This document shows positions 8,975 to 18,244 of a stretch of DNA of 41,029 nucleotides, piece by piece. How positions within the stretch are numbered: the stretch's first letter is position 1; each line of letters opens with the position of its first letter. Location: contig DSAD01000257.1 in assembly GCA_011372875.1 (NCBI GenBank), positions 1-41,029 of the forward strand. The letters are read 5' to 3'. This DNA comes from Deltaproteobacteria bacterium. Its GTDB lineage: Bacteria; Desulfobacterota; Desulfomonilia; UBA1062. A model generated the notes under the pieces. The model made no database searches and had not been told where the DNA came from. It saw nothing but the letters and a program-made list of their open reading frames with translations. The translations under genes were made by a program, and so were the position numbers.

Positions 8975-9818
8975 ACCTTTCCCCCGTCAATCCTGTTGTG
9001 GGTATGTACCGGTACCCGACATGCCGCTTTATGCGGTCCATTGCATTACATAAATGATCCGTGTCTTTAAATACGCCAAAGACCGATGAACCACTTCCTG
9101 ACATAAGAACCCCCAGTGCCCCGGCGTTATGCAACTCTTCTTTGATCAATCCAAGTTCGGGGCAAATACCAAACGCTGCAGTTTCAAGATCGTTCTCTAA
9201 CCACTGCTCCGGCGATATTATATCATTTCCTATATCGTGTATTGTAAATCTATCTTTTTCAGGAGTCAATGGAGACTTTAGTGCTGAATACACTTTTGCC
9301 GTGGAAATGCTAAACGGCGGCACTACCAGAAGATATGCCCTTTCTTCAAGGGATACCTCCTTAACGATCTCATCACCCCTGGAACCCATCAGAGCGGGTC
9401 GACCGAGAACGAAAAAAGGGCAATCTGCGCCGATCCTGCCTGCCATTGTCATCAGGTAATCCCTGGAAAGGCCGGCATGATAAAGGTCGTTCATTCCCAT
9501 CAGGACACTGGTTGCATCGCTGCTTCCTCCACCCAGGCCGGCCCCTACCGGGATCCTTTTGTCCACCTCAATGCTTATGCCCGAATCGATCCCGGTGCTT
9601 TTAAAAAAAAGGCTGGCTGCCTTGTAGACAAGATTATCACCATCCGCACAGTCGCATCCTGGCGCATTGACAGCAATCCCGTGATCAGTTGCCTCAAGCA
9701 GGATCTCGTCAAACAGGGAAAGGGGAACCATAATGGTTCTCAATTCATGGTACCCGTCCATTCTCTTATGGAGGACCTTGAGATAAATGTTTATCTTTGC
9801 CGGGGCGTGCACCTTCAT
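8955..9818 (-). CDS. ispE: 4-diphosphocytidyl-2-C-methyl-D-erythritol kinase
   Basis: APAKIN, YHEL, KRIPVGAGLGGGSSDA, GADCPFF, MSGSGSSVF. Confidence 0.96.
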   Translation of the reverse strand: MKVHAPAKINIYLKVLHKRMDGYHELRTIMVPLSLFDEILLEATDHGIAVNAPGCDCADGDNLVYKAASLFFKSTGIDSGISIEVDKRIPVGAGLGGGSSDATSVLMGMNDLYHAGLSRDYLMTMAGRIGADCPFFVLGRPALMGSRGDEIVKEVSLEERAYLLVVPPFSISTAKVYSALKSPLTPEKDRFTIHDIGNDIISPEQWLENDLETAAFGICPELGLIKEELHNAGALGVLMSGSGSSVFGVFKDTDHLCNAMDRIKRHVGYRYIPTTGLTGERYGDNRS

Positions 9819-11302
9819 TGAGCGTCGACAGCAATGTACATGGGTCTCGAGTCTCTGTGAACGAGCATCAATACAGCCTGGCCTTTCCTGACACCCTTCA
9901 TGGCTTTGAGATATTCCTCGATATTATCGACCCTGCTTCCTCCTGCCTCCTTGATGATATCCATCTTCTCCAACCTGCTCTTTGCGGCGCTTCCATTCGG
10001 ATCGATATCTATCACGAGAATGCCTCCTGCGTCTTCAAGGTTGAACTGTCTTTTTACATCAGGGGTCAGATCTTTCAGAACAATCCCGAACCTGTCTTTG
10101 ATCTCTTCCGACTCATCGGGGATCTGTCCAAGACTTGCTATATTTTCCTCGATACGCTTCTTCAGTCTCGTCTCAAGAGAAAGCTTTCTGGATTCCCGCC
10201 AGACTACTATTTCCACCTTTGAATCGGGCTTCAGGCTTCCGATATACCGGGTGAGCCCGTGTGGATCATCAATGTCTTGTGAATTGATCCTGAGAATAAT
10301 ATCACCCGGTTTCACCCCTGCCCTGTCCGCAGGGTCACCTGAATAGATCATGGTCACCATGGCCCCTGCAGGATTATCCAGACCGACTGCGCGGGCTATC
10401 TCCGGGGTAACCTCCTGAATGGCTACACCAAGCCATCCCCTGGTCACCTCGCCTTTGTCTTTGAGTTCAGGCAGTATATCCTTGACCATATTGATGGGAA
10501 TGGCAAAACCTATGCCATTTCCCGAAGAGACAATTGCTGTATTGATACCGACAACCTGTCCGTCCATGTTCATGAGGGGCCCGCCGGAATTCCCAGGATT
10601 AATGGCTGCGTCTGTCTGGATAAAGCTGTCGTATGGCCCGGCACCGATCACCCTGGCCTTTGCCGATACGATACCCTGCGTCAGTGTATGCCCGAAACCG
10701 AAGGGATTGCCTATGGCAAATACCCAGTCCCCTATCTCAAGCATATCCGAATCACCGAGCACGGATACGGGAAAATCCTTTCTATCCGATTCTATCTTGA
10801 TCAGCGCAATATCCGTATTATCATCTTTTCCGACAAGAGCGGCTTTATATTCCTCGTTATCCGACAGGGAAACAAAGATCTCATCGGCCTCCCTGATGAC
10901 ATGGTTGTTGGTAAGAACATACCCGTCACGGGAAATGATAAATCCTGACCCCAGACTCTTCTGTTTCAGGTCCTTCTCGGGAAGTTTGTCGAAGAATTTC
11001 TGAAAGAATTCATTGAACCAGTCATTCTCACCTCCCGGCCCTTCGAAATGTCTGTAGAGTTCTCTTGCCGGGATCTTATTCGCGGTCCTGACATTCACAA
11101 CCGTGGGAGAGGTGGATTTGGCCAGAGTGCTCAGAGAGGGCATGACAACATGCACGGTGGAGGTGCTTGCGCCGTCTCTCCAGAAAGGCAGAGCCTCGCT
11201 GTGTGGGGAAAGACTCAAGGATGTCGAGATAAACATCCCGACAAGTGCCGAACACACAGCAACCATAACAAGCAAGCCTACCAAGGAAATCTTCCTTTTC
11301 AT
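9815..11302 (-). CDS. DegP/HtrA (Do family) serine protease with two PDZ domains
   Basis: N-terminal signal/TM segment, GSGFII, TNNHV, DIAL, IQTDAAINPGNSGGPL, RGWLGV. Confidence 0.95.
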   Translation of the reverse strand: MKRKISLVGLLVMVAVCSALVGMFISTSLSLSPHSEALPFWRDGASTSTVHVVMPSLSTLAKSTSPTVVNVRTANKIPARELYRHFEGPGGENDWFNEFFQKFFDKLPEKDLKQKSLGSGFIISRDGYVLTNNHVIREADEIFVSLSDNEEYKAALVGKDDNTDIALIKIESDRKDFPVSVLGDSDMLEIGDWVFAIGNPFGFGHTLTQGIVSAKARVIGAGPYDSFIQTDAAINPGNSGGPLMNMDGQVVGINTAIVSSGNGIGFAIPINMVKDILPELKDKGEVTRGWLGVAIQEVTPEIARAVGLDNPAGAMVTMIYSGDPADRAGVKPGDIILRINSQDIDDPHGLTRYIGSLKPDSKVEIVVWRESRKLSLETRLKKRIEENIASLGQIPDESEEIKDRFGIVLKDLTPDVKRQFNLEDAGGILVIDIDPNGSAAKSRLEKMDIIKEAGGSRVDNIEEYLKAMKGVRKGQAVLMLVHRDSRPMYIAVDAQ

Positions 11303-11682
11303 TCCTCACCTCTTTCTGCTTCGACATAGCAGATTCTCAATTCATAAAGGAAACCTTCGATCAGTCTCTCCTCTTCAGGACTCAGATTACCCCTGGTCTT
11401 GGTCTGAAGCAGCGACAGGATATCGATATTCTGCCTGGCCAGATCGAGATCTCTGCTGATCCGACCGGTCTCGGGATCAGGCACGGCGCCTAAACTGATC
11501 ATGGCAGCAGAAGCAAAACTCATGATCAGGGTAGAGAAATCTATCTTCAACTCATCCTTGTGCACAAGAATATCTTCGCTTGTTCCGGGATTATCCTTAT
11601 GCATGCTTGATGAACCGGGGTAATCCTGATTGGTTTCACCTCTTTTATCGCTAAAGGTATATCCTTTAATTTCGTCACCCAT
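11299..11682 (-). CDS. DUF1844 family protein
   Basis: IDFSTLIMSF...LG..PDP, LARQNIDILSLL..KT.GNL..EE. Start ATG 11682 overlaps the upstream stop. Confidence 0.85.
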   Translation of the reverse strand: MGDEIKGYTFSDKRGETNQDYPGSSSMHKDNPGTSEDILVHKDELKIDFSTLIMSFASAAMISLGAVPDPETGRISRDLDLARQNIDILSLLQTKTRGNLSPEEERLIEGFLYELRICYVEAERGEE

Positions 11683-12823
11683 ACTGTAATCCGCTGATAT
11701 TATGTATTGGAAATATCTCATCTTTTATAAAGGATATCTTTGAGTCAAGGTATCTATTCACATCCTTCTTCAATAGGGGTGCTATACTGTAGGGTGAATC
11801 CCGAAGCTCTTCCACACTGTTTCCATGACCTGTCACTGCACCGCCTACAAGACCGAGGTAGGGATCGTAAGGCTGCAGACCGTTGAGCTCCGCCCATGCA
11901 AGGGTCCAGCCTCGAACCACGTCGGGAACACTATATCCGCCACCGCCCAGGGCAAGAAGCTTGGGGCAACTTGCCCGGATCTCTGCTATCACTTCACAGT
12001 AACCATTATTCGTCATCCTCATATTGGTCAGAGGATCCTTCTTCAAGGTATCGAGCCCGATCTGCGCAACAACGCACTGGGGTTTGTATGCTTTGGCCAG
12101 GGGTGTATAGATCTCCTTGAAGACTTTTATATATGCCTCGTCATCGGTATATTCCGACAGGGGGACATTGACCGTATACCCCAGGCCCTTTCCTGAGCCC
12201 ATCTCGCTTTCGAACCCGCCCCAGGGATACAGGGTTTCCCCGCTCTGATGAAACGATATAAAAAGCACATCATCCCTTTCATAAAAGGCATCCTGAACAC
12301 CATTGCCGTGATGCGCATCGATGTCAACATAGAGAATCCTTTCATATCCGCTGTTCAATAAACGCTGGATGGCTATAACGATATCATTGATATAACAGAA
12401 CCCTTCGGCATGTCCGCGACCTCCGTGATGAAGCCCGCCTACCGGACTGAAGACCACATCCGCCTTGCCGCTTGAGATGAGATGCGCACACTGGAGTGTC
12501 GCGCCTAAGACCAGCAGAGAAAATTCATAAACGCCTTTGAACACGGGATTGTCGGATGTACCAAGACCATATCCAAGCATGGTGAAATCGAAAGAACCTT
12601 TGTCGGCAGCCTTAAGGGCTTCAATGTACTCTTTCGAATGATACTCGAGCAATGCATCTTCGCTGGCCGGTTCCGGCTCGATAATGGAAATCCAGGGCCT
12701 ATCGAAAAGGCCGTACCGATAGCATAATTCATATACCATGGTCGCCTTATAGGGCTTGAACGGATGTTGATCTCCCAAGCTGTAGGTATCATATTTGGGC
12801 GTATACATGAAAACTGAATTCAC
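11675..12823 (-). CDS. acuC: AcuC/histone-deacetylase family Zn-dependent deacetylase
   Basis: HPFKP, GGLHH, GFCYIND, YVDIDAHHGNGVQ, DPL, GGGGY. GTG start after AAGGAG. Confidence 0.9.
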   Translation of the reverse strand: MNSVFMYTPKYDTYSLGDQHPFKPYKATMVYELCYRYGLFDRPWISIIEPEPASEDALLEYHSKEYIEALKAADKGSFDFTMLGYGLGTSDNPVFKGVYEFSLLVLGATLQCAHLISSGKADVVFSPVGGLHHGGRGHAEGFCYINDIVIAIQRLLNSGYERILYVDIDAHHGNGVQDAFYERDDVLFISFHQSGETLYPWGGFESEMGSGKGLGYTVNVPLSEYTDDEAYIKVFKEIYTPLAKAYKPQCVVAQIGLDTLKKDPLTNMRMTNNGYCEVIAEIRASCPKLLALGGGGYSVPDVVRGWTLAWAELNGLQPYDPYLGLVGGAVTGHGNSVEELRDSPYSIAPLLKKDVNRYLDSKISFIKDEIFPIHNISGLQYG

Positions 12824-13035
12824 CCCTGGCTCCTTCTATGCTTGATATTGAATCTCTCAAAAACAGTACTATATCAAAAGATAGAACGACAAAGAAGACT
12901 AATCTTCATATGTAATCACGCAACCCCCACTAAATAACAGCCGACCTGACGGGATATTGATAAATGTTTATCTTCAAACCCTTTTCCTCCGATAAAGTTA
13001 GCATCTACAGACACCAATACGAACAGGGAGCAAAG

Positions 13036-13131
13036 ATGATTCCACTCGACATTTCCACATACCAGGCTGTAAACCATTTGAGTCTTCAAGAAACCTCAGC
13101 ATGGGCCGCTGTTGGAAAGCGGGACAACTGA
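13036..13131 (+). CDS. putative 31-aa upstream peptide
   Basis: AGGGAG SD, then ATG 13036, MIPLDISTYQAVNHLSLQETSAWAAVGKRDN. Its TGA overlaps the next ATG (TGATG). Confidence 0.45.
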   Translation: MIPLDISTYQAVNHLSLQETSAWAAVGKRDN

Positions 13132-13730
13132 TGAAGATCCTGATTGCCGAAGACTCTGCGACAACAAGGGTAATCCTCGAAGAGCTTCTTGAAGAATGGG
13201 GCTACACATTTATTTCAGCAACTAACGGCAATGAAGCCCTTGAAGTCCTGAGTTCCGATGACGCACCGAATCTTGCGATACTGGACTGGATTATGCCCGG
13301 CATTGAAGGCATTGATGTATGCAGGCAGATTCGCAGAAAGAAAAAGGCCTTTCCCCTGTATTTTATCCTCCTGACGGCAAAGGTGAAAAATGAGGAGATA
13401 ATCGAAGGGCTCGAGGCAGGCGCTGACGATTATATTATAAAGCCGTTTGAAAAAGGTGAACTCAGGGCACGCATCAAGGCAGGGCAGAGGGTTGTAGGGC
13501 TTCAGCTGGAACTCGCCAAACGCATAAAAGAACTTCAGGCCGCACAGACTCATATCAAGACACTTCAGGGCATAATACCTATCTGCGCTCACTGTCATAA
13601 GATCAGGGATGACCAGGAGATCTGGCAGAAGATCGAGGCATACATCGAAAAACACTCGGGTGCCAGATTCAGCCATGGCATATGCCCCGAATGTGTAAAG
13701 AAATACTATCCGGAACTAAGGACCAGCTGA
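13131..13730 (+). CDS. response regulator with Cys/His-rich C-terminal domain
   Basis: MKILIAED, LDWIMP, LLTA, DDYIIKP. Tail IPICAHCHKIRD...W...FSHGICPEC. Confidence 0.9.
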   Translation: MKILIAEDSATTRVILEELLEEWGYTFISATNGNEALEVLSSDDAPNLAILDWIMPGIEGIDVCRQIRRKKKAFPLYFILLTAKVKNEEIIEGLEAGADDYIIKPFEKGELRARIKAGQRVVGLQLELAKRIKELQAAQTHIKTLQGIIPICAHCHKIRDDQEIWQKIEAYIEKHSGARFSHGICPECVKKYYPELRTS

Positions 13731-13760
13731 GATAGTTGCCGGCACATAATCGTTAATGAA

Positions 13761-13874
13761 ATACCTCGCCGCAAGCTTTAGAGGTATCAACGACTCTTTT
13801 TTCTCTTCCCCCCTCACCTTTATTCTCTCCCCCTCATGCAAGGACTAAGATGCACGCTGCAAGCTTACGGGGTA
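13761..13874. repeat. degenerate composite REP-like repeat
   Basis: ATACCTC/GAGGTAT stem. Core CGCYGCAAGCTT occurs twice (13767, 13855), flanking CCCCCTCACCTTTATTCTCTCCCCC. Confidence 0.55.
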
Positions 13875-14067
13875 AAAGCTAATCAATCTGTGGCAGGACA
13901 CCCCCCCTGGCGTAGAAATCGCTGCATCCCGCATGACCTCAATGCCGGACAGGGAAACCTTCTCTATCATAATACACTGTACTGACACTACTCAAGAAAC
14001 AAAGTGGATAGACTGAACGCCCCTTGATATGATATCATGTTTCAACATCCATGAAAGGAGATGCTTC

Positions 14068-14310
14068 ATGAATCATGGGTTTGACATTTTAAACAATCTC
14101 ATTGTACTGGAAAACGGTAAACTTACGGTATTGCGATCCATCGAGGACATCGAGACCCTTCTTGAAAAACTGACAAAGATACAGGATACCTTCCGCGAAA
14201 AACATACTCCGAAAGGAAACAAGGTAAAGGGTGATATCGATTATCTGATCCGGCTGATCACAAACATGGCATCTTTTGTATATGAAAGTGAACTGTACAA
14301 GGAACATTAA
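14068..14310 (+). CDS. hypothetical protein (80 aa)
   Basis: AAAGGAG SD before ATG 14068. Helical composition. Ends 15 nt before ridA. Confidence 0.7.
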   Translation: MNHGFDILNNLIVLENGKLTVLRSIEDIETLLEKLTKIQDTFREKHTPKGNKVKGDIDYLIRLITNMASFVYESELYKEH

Positions 14311-14325
14311 AAAAGGACGATATAA

Positions 14326-14724
14326 ATGAACGGCAAAGGCATTTCCATGATCACGTCACAGAAGGCACCTGCTGCCACCGGCCCTTATTCTCAGGCCGTT
14401 ACAGCTGGCGATTTCCTTTTTGTATCCGGGCAGATCCCCCTTAATCCCGCAAGTGCAACGATTATCTCAGGAGGAATAAAAGAGCAGACGTCACAGGCAC
14501 TTCAGAATATCCAGGCAATACTTGAGCAGGCCGGGGCAGGTTTTGACCGGGTAGTGAAAGTGGAAATATTTCTCAAAAACATGAATGACTTTTCAGCCAT
14601 GAATGACGTCTATGCATCATTCTTTTCCCGCCACGAAATGCCTGCGAGAAGCGCCGTCGAGGTCTCAAGACTCCCCAGAGATGTGTTGATCGAGATTTCC
14701 TGCATTGCATACCTGGGAAAATGA
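14326..14724 (+). CDS. ridA: RidA/YjgF enamine-imine deaminase
   Basis: GPYSQAV, FVSGQIP, MNDVYA, PARSAVEV..LP, IEI. Confidence 0.93.
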   Translation: MNGKGISMITSQKAPAATGPYSQAVTAGDFLFVSGQIPLNPASATIISGGIKEQTSQALQNIQAILEQAGAGFDRVVKVEIFLKNMNDFSAMNDVYASFFSRHEMPARSAVEVSRLPRDVLIEISCIAYLGK

Positions 14725-14873
14725 GAGATAAAAATATCCTTAAAACACGACTGTACGTCAGACAGAAACCAGGGATATTTCAGGTAGCAAGGCAAAGATG
14801 CAATCTCTGATATTTTTACGCTGTGGTTTATCAATAATAATGTTACCATAGTGCGAGATCTTAATGGTGTATC

Positions 14874-15764
14874 ATGGGAAAGAATGAAAACGGCGGAGAG
14901 CTGAAATCATCCATATATGAATCATCGACACAAATCCTGTGGAACCTCCTTCTCATAACTTCAGGCAGCATCATCTGTGCGATTGCAGTAAATGCGATCC
15001 TCATACCGCAGAACTTTTTCAGCGCCGGGTTTACCGGCATTGCACTGTTTGCGCACTATCTCTTCCCTTCAATCCCGGTGGGCACGATATACCTGCTCCT
15101 GAATATCCCTATGTTCATAATCGGATGGTCTCTTGTGGGAAGACGCTTCTTTTATTACAGTATAGCCGGCATGGCAATCTTTACCTTTGCCCTCTATACG
15201 ATCAATCTAACCATTCCCATCCATGACAAGATCCTGTCTGCGCTGTTGGCCGGGATCGTAAACGGTGTAGGCAGCGGCATCGTTCTACGGTCCATGGGTT
15301 CTGCCGGTGGCACCGACATACTGTGCGTTATCCTGCAGAAGATCTTTTCCATAAAGGTGGGGACATCAACCCTGATTTTCAACGGAATACTCCTTGGTAT
15401 CGCAGGCATAACCATATCCATCGAAGGGGCACTGTATACCCTGGTCTTCCTCTATGTAAACACCCAGGTTTTGAACCTGGTTGTCCTGGGCCTGTCCAAA
15501 CGCAAGGCCGTGTTCATCATATCCGACAAATGGGAAAATATCTCTGAAGAGATCCTCAAGAAAGACAAAAGAGGAGTAACCATTATAGAGGGCATAGGGG
15601 GATACAGGAAGGAAAACAAACGGATCATCTACAGCATCATCGCATTTCAGGATCTTCCTGTGCTGAAAAAGATGATCTCCGATATCGACCCCGGGGCCTT
15701 TGTCGTTGTCATGGATACCCTGGAGGTAATGGGGGCACGAATAGGCAATCAGCCTCAGTGGTAA
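14874..15764 (+). CDS. YitT family membrane protein (DUF161 + DUF2179)
   Basis: GFTGIA, LNIP, GSAGGTDI, RGVT...G.GGY, IDPGAFV. Confidence 0.92.
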   Translation: MGKNENGGELKSSIYESSTQILWNLLLITSGSIICAIAVNAILIPQNFFSAGFTGIALFAHYLFPSIPVGTIYLLLNIPMFIIGWSLVGRRFFYYSIAGMAIFTFALYTINLTIPIHDKILSALLAGIVNGVGSGIVLRSMGSAGGTDILCVILQKIFSIKVGTSTLIFNGILLGIAGITISIEGALYTLVFLYVNTQVLNLVVLGLSKRKAVFIISDKWENISEEILKKDKRGVTIIEGIGGYRKENKRIIYSIIAFQDLPVLKKMISDIDPGAFVVVMDTLEVMGARIGNQPQW

Positions 15765-15796
15765 GTGCCCGGCACCCCATGAATATTGACCGGGCG

Positions 15797-17161
15797 TTAT
15801 CGGTACATATTCTTTTCGCGCTCGACAACATCAACGATCTCGTTGATGATATTCGGCAGCTTCCTGGTTACCCGCTGCCAGGAAACTGTTCTCGGGGTCT
15901 CATAAAGCTCGGTGCGTATCTTCTGGGTTGTCTTCTCGATCACAGGAAGCAGGCCTGCATCGATGAACTCTTTGAATTCCTCATGGGCGCTGACATAAGA
16001 ACTGAAGCGATGTGTCATGAATGAAGGGGCAAGAAGAAGGTCTCCGGCAAAAAGGATGACATTTTTAAAGACATCGTCCACCATTGCCTCTTCCTTGTTA
16101 GTATCATAGATAAGGCCGTTGAATGCGGCATTGTCCGAGTACATCTTTATCAGGTCGTCCGCCACGCTCAGGTATGTCGTTGTAAGATCCCTGATGAAAT
16201 GTTCCGAGATAACAAGGCCCTCTTCTATGACCAGCGCGCTCAGAAGGGTGGTTACGATGTCGATACCCATCTTATAGAGCCCCTTGCTCTGATCATCGAC
16301 AGATACCGGCTGATGTTTGTGGTCAAAGGGCTCCTGGCTTATCTCGACCTGGGCGGAACTGGTTGCCTTCCGGTATACCTCAATAAGGGTAAAGATCTCA
16401 ACACCCCAGTTCGTGGCAAACTGCATACGTCTGAGGAGTTCGCCGTCAAAGATCACCTCACCGGAAAGCTGATAGTTGAACGTCAGAAGAAAATCCACCA
16501 GACGCAGAACCTTCTCTTCCTGCGTATCGGTGAACTTCCGCTTCAGGGCTATCAGCAGCGGGTCCAGAAGAAGCCTCTTTACCCTCCCGTAAAACTGCTG
16601 ATCCTTTATTCTTGCATAATAGGCCTTGCTGAACTGGTACCCCAGGACCTGAACCGGATAGAACAACCTGTTGAGCTGCGCAGAACTGAATGTCCTTATG
16701 TCGGCATCCACCAACCCGATAGTCTGGGCACCCATGGCCAGGGCAATACCGAAAGACATGAACATGTTCCTGCCCTTGCCCGGTTCCTCAAGTCCGAAAC
16801 CTGCATCCGAGAGGGCCTGATAAATCGATGTGAAACCCGGACCGTCATTGTGCTGAATCAGATAATTCTGCACCTTGTATTTGTTGAGAATGGTGGCAAG
16901 CTCACAGGCTTCATCAGTGCTTGCACGGTCAAGTCCGAAGATGATCTGCGAGAGATACGAGATCTCGCTGAGCTGGCTGACGATATTCTCGAAAACAGGT
17001 CGGTTGTCTGGGTCTGTGAACTCTGAAGCCAGCAGAGGGATAATCAGCACGGCCTTCTTCCATCTGGAATACTGCAGCAGTTCCTGTTCCATATTGGGAT
17101 TATCTTCATTCAAAAGATATAAGGTGCTGATTTTGGTGTGTTTCTGTGCGAAATTTGACAT
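15797..17161 (-). CDS. glucosyl-3-phosphoglycerate synthase-like glycosyltransferase
   Basis: GLDRA, PGKGRN, DADI (DxD), KAYYAR, GRVKRL, Y.LSGE, WGVEI, DHKHQ. GGAGG SD. Confidence 0.75.
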   Translation of the reverse strand: MSNFAQKHTKISTLYLLNEDNPNMEQELLQYSRWKKAVLIIPLLASEFTDPDNRPVFENIVSQLSEISYLSQIIFGLDRASTDEACELATILNKYKVQNYLIQHNDGPGFTSIYQALSDAGFGLEEPGKGRNMFMSFGIALAMGAQTIGLVDADIRTFSSAQLNRLFYPVQVLGYQFSKAYYARIKDQQFYGRVKRLLLDPLLIALKRKFTDTQEEKVLRLVDFLLTFNYQLSGEVIFDGELLRRMQFATNWGVEIFTLIEVYRKATSSAQVEISQEPFDHKHQPVSVDDQSKGLYKMGIDIVTTLLSALVIEEGLVISEHFIRDLTTTYLSVADDLIKMYSDNAAFNGLIYDTNKEEAMVDDVFKNVILFAGDLLLAPSFMTHRFSSYVSAHEEFKEFIDAGLLPVIEKTTQKIRTELYETPRTVSWQRVTRKLPNIINEIVDVVEREKNMYR

Positions 17162-17359
17162 TGTTTTCTCCTCCTTCTCTATCTACCGGCGACCCTGTCA
17201 TCATTAAACCGATATACGACATTATTTACCGGACCATATAATACAACCTGAAAGAACATCATTGTAAACCAGTGCCGCACCCATGGTCAATCGGATATAC
17301 AGGCGATAAAGCATCCACTTGATACTGTTATCTATTCTATTCTCCAGATATGATAAAAT

Positions 17360-17384
17360 GTTCTGACAATATCATTGACAGAAC
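17360..17384. promoter_or_regulatory. inverted repeat (operator or hairpin)
   Basis: GTTCTGACAAT-atc-ATTGACAGAAC, 10 of 11 pairs. Confidence 0.45.
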
Positions 17385-17482
17385 CATACATGCCGCACAT
17401 TGATAGACACTGCATCAGTTCATCTTCGGGCAATTACAGGCTCACCGATCTGAGACGATCATCCTTGGCATGAATATCCGTG

Positions 17483-18244
17483 CTATGCGAGAAAACCGAA
17501 ATACCAGCTTATTATCTGCGCACCCCAGAGTACATACAGAAGCCCACCAAGTGCCAGAAACGGGCCAAAGGGAATTGCAGCCTGCATGGTTTTCTTCTGG
17601 ACAAACGCCCAGGGCAGGCCGAAAATCGTTCCGACAAGAGACCCCATGAATATAGTGAAAAGGACCCCTTCCCATCCGACAAATACACCTATCATGCCAA
17701 GCAGCTTGACATCACCACCGCCCATCCCCTGCTTACCTGTAAGGAAATAGTATCCGTAGATCACGGCGGTAAGAAGACCTGCACCGAGCGCAAGGCCCAA
17801 GAAGGCCTCCCGGTATGATACAGGGAGCCAATATACGAGTACAAGCCCGATAATGCCCCCTCCGACAGAAAGACCATCGGGTATTATCTGATAATCTATA
17901 TCAATAAAGGTGATGATCAGGAGAACACATGCCCAGAGATAATAGATACCGAATGTTATAGTCAGACCGAAGCGATAGAGCATGCCAAGGGCCAGCAGGG
18001 CACTGAGTGCTTCAACCAGCGGATACCTGGGCGATATCCTTTCCGCACAGCTCCTGCACCTGCCGCGCAGGAAGAGATAGCTCAGTATCGGTATGTTATC
18101 CCATGGCCTGATCTTGGTACCGCAGCCCGGACAGTGAGAACTCGGCCATACAACGGACTCTTCACGGGGAATCCGGTAAATGCATACATTCAGGAAACTC
18201 CCGATGAAAAGACCCAGGACTCCTGCGAAAACAGGCCATATCAC
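17483..18244 (-). CDS. pilD: type IV prepilin peptidase / N-methyltransferase
   Basis: GSFLNVCIYRIP, SHCPGC, NIPILSY..LRGRCRSC, YPLVE, IDID..IIPD, MGGGDVKL, IPFGPFL. Confidence 0.95.
   Translation of the reverse strand: MIWPVFAGVLGLFIGSFLNVCIYRIPREESVVWPSSHCPGCGTKIRPWDNIPILSYLFLRGRCRSCAERISPRYPLVEALSALLALGMLYRFGLTITFGIYYLWACVLLIITFIDIDYQIIPDGLSVGGGIIGLVLVYWLPVSYREAFLGLALGAGLLTAVIYGYYFLTGKQGMGGGDVKLLGMIGVFVGWEGVLFTIFMGSLVGTIFGLPWAFVQKKTMQAAIPFGPFLALGGLLYVLWGAQIISWYFGFLA

Noticed and set aside
12959-12995. GATAAA-tg-TTTATC palindrome and TCCGATAA sigma28-like -10
   Set aside because: Short AT-rich match with no properly spaced TAAA -35; could be chance.
15767-15796. GCCCGG/CCGGGC hairpin as an intrinsic terminator
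   Set aside because: Long loop and no U-tract on either strand, so not called as a feature.
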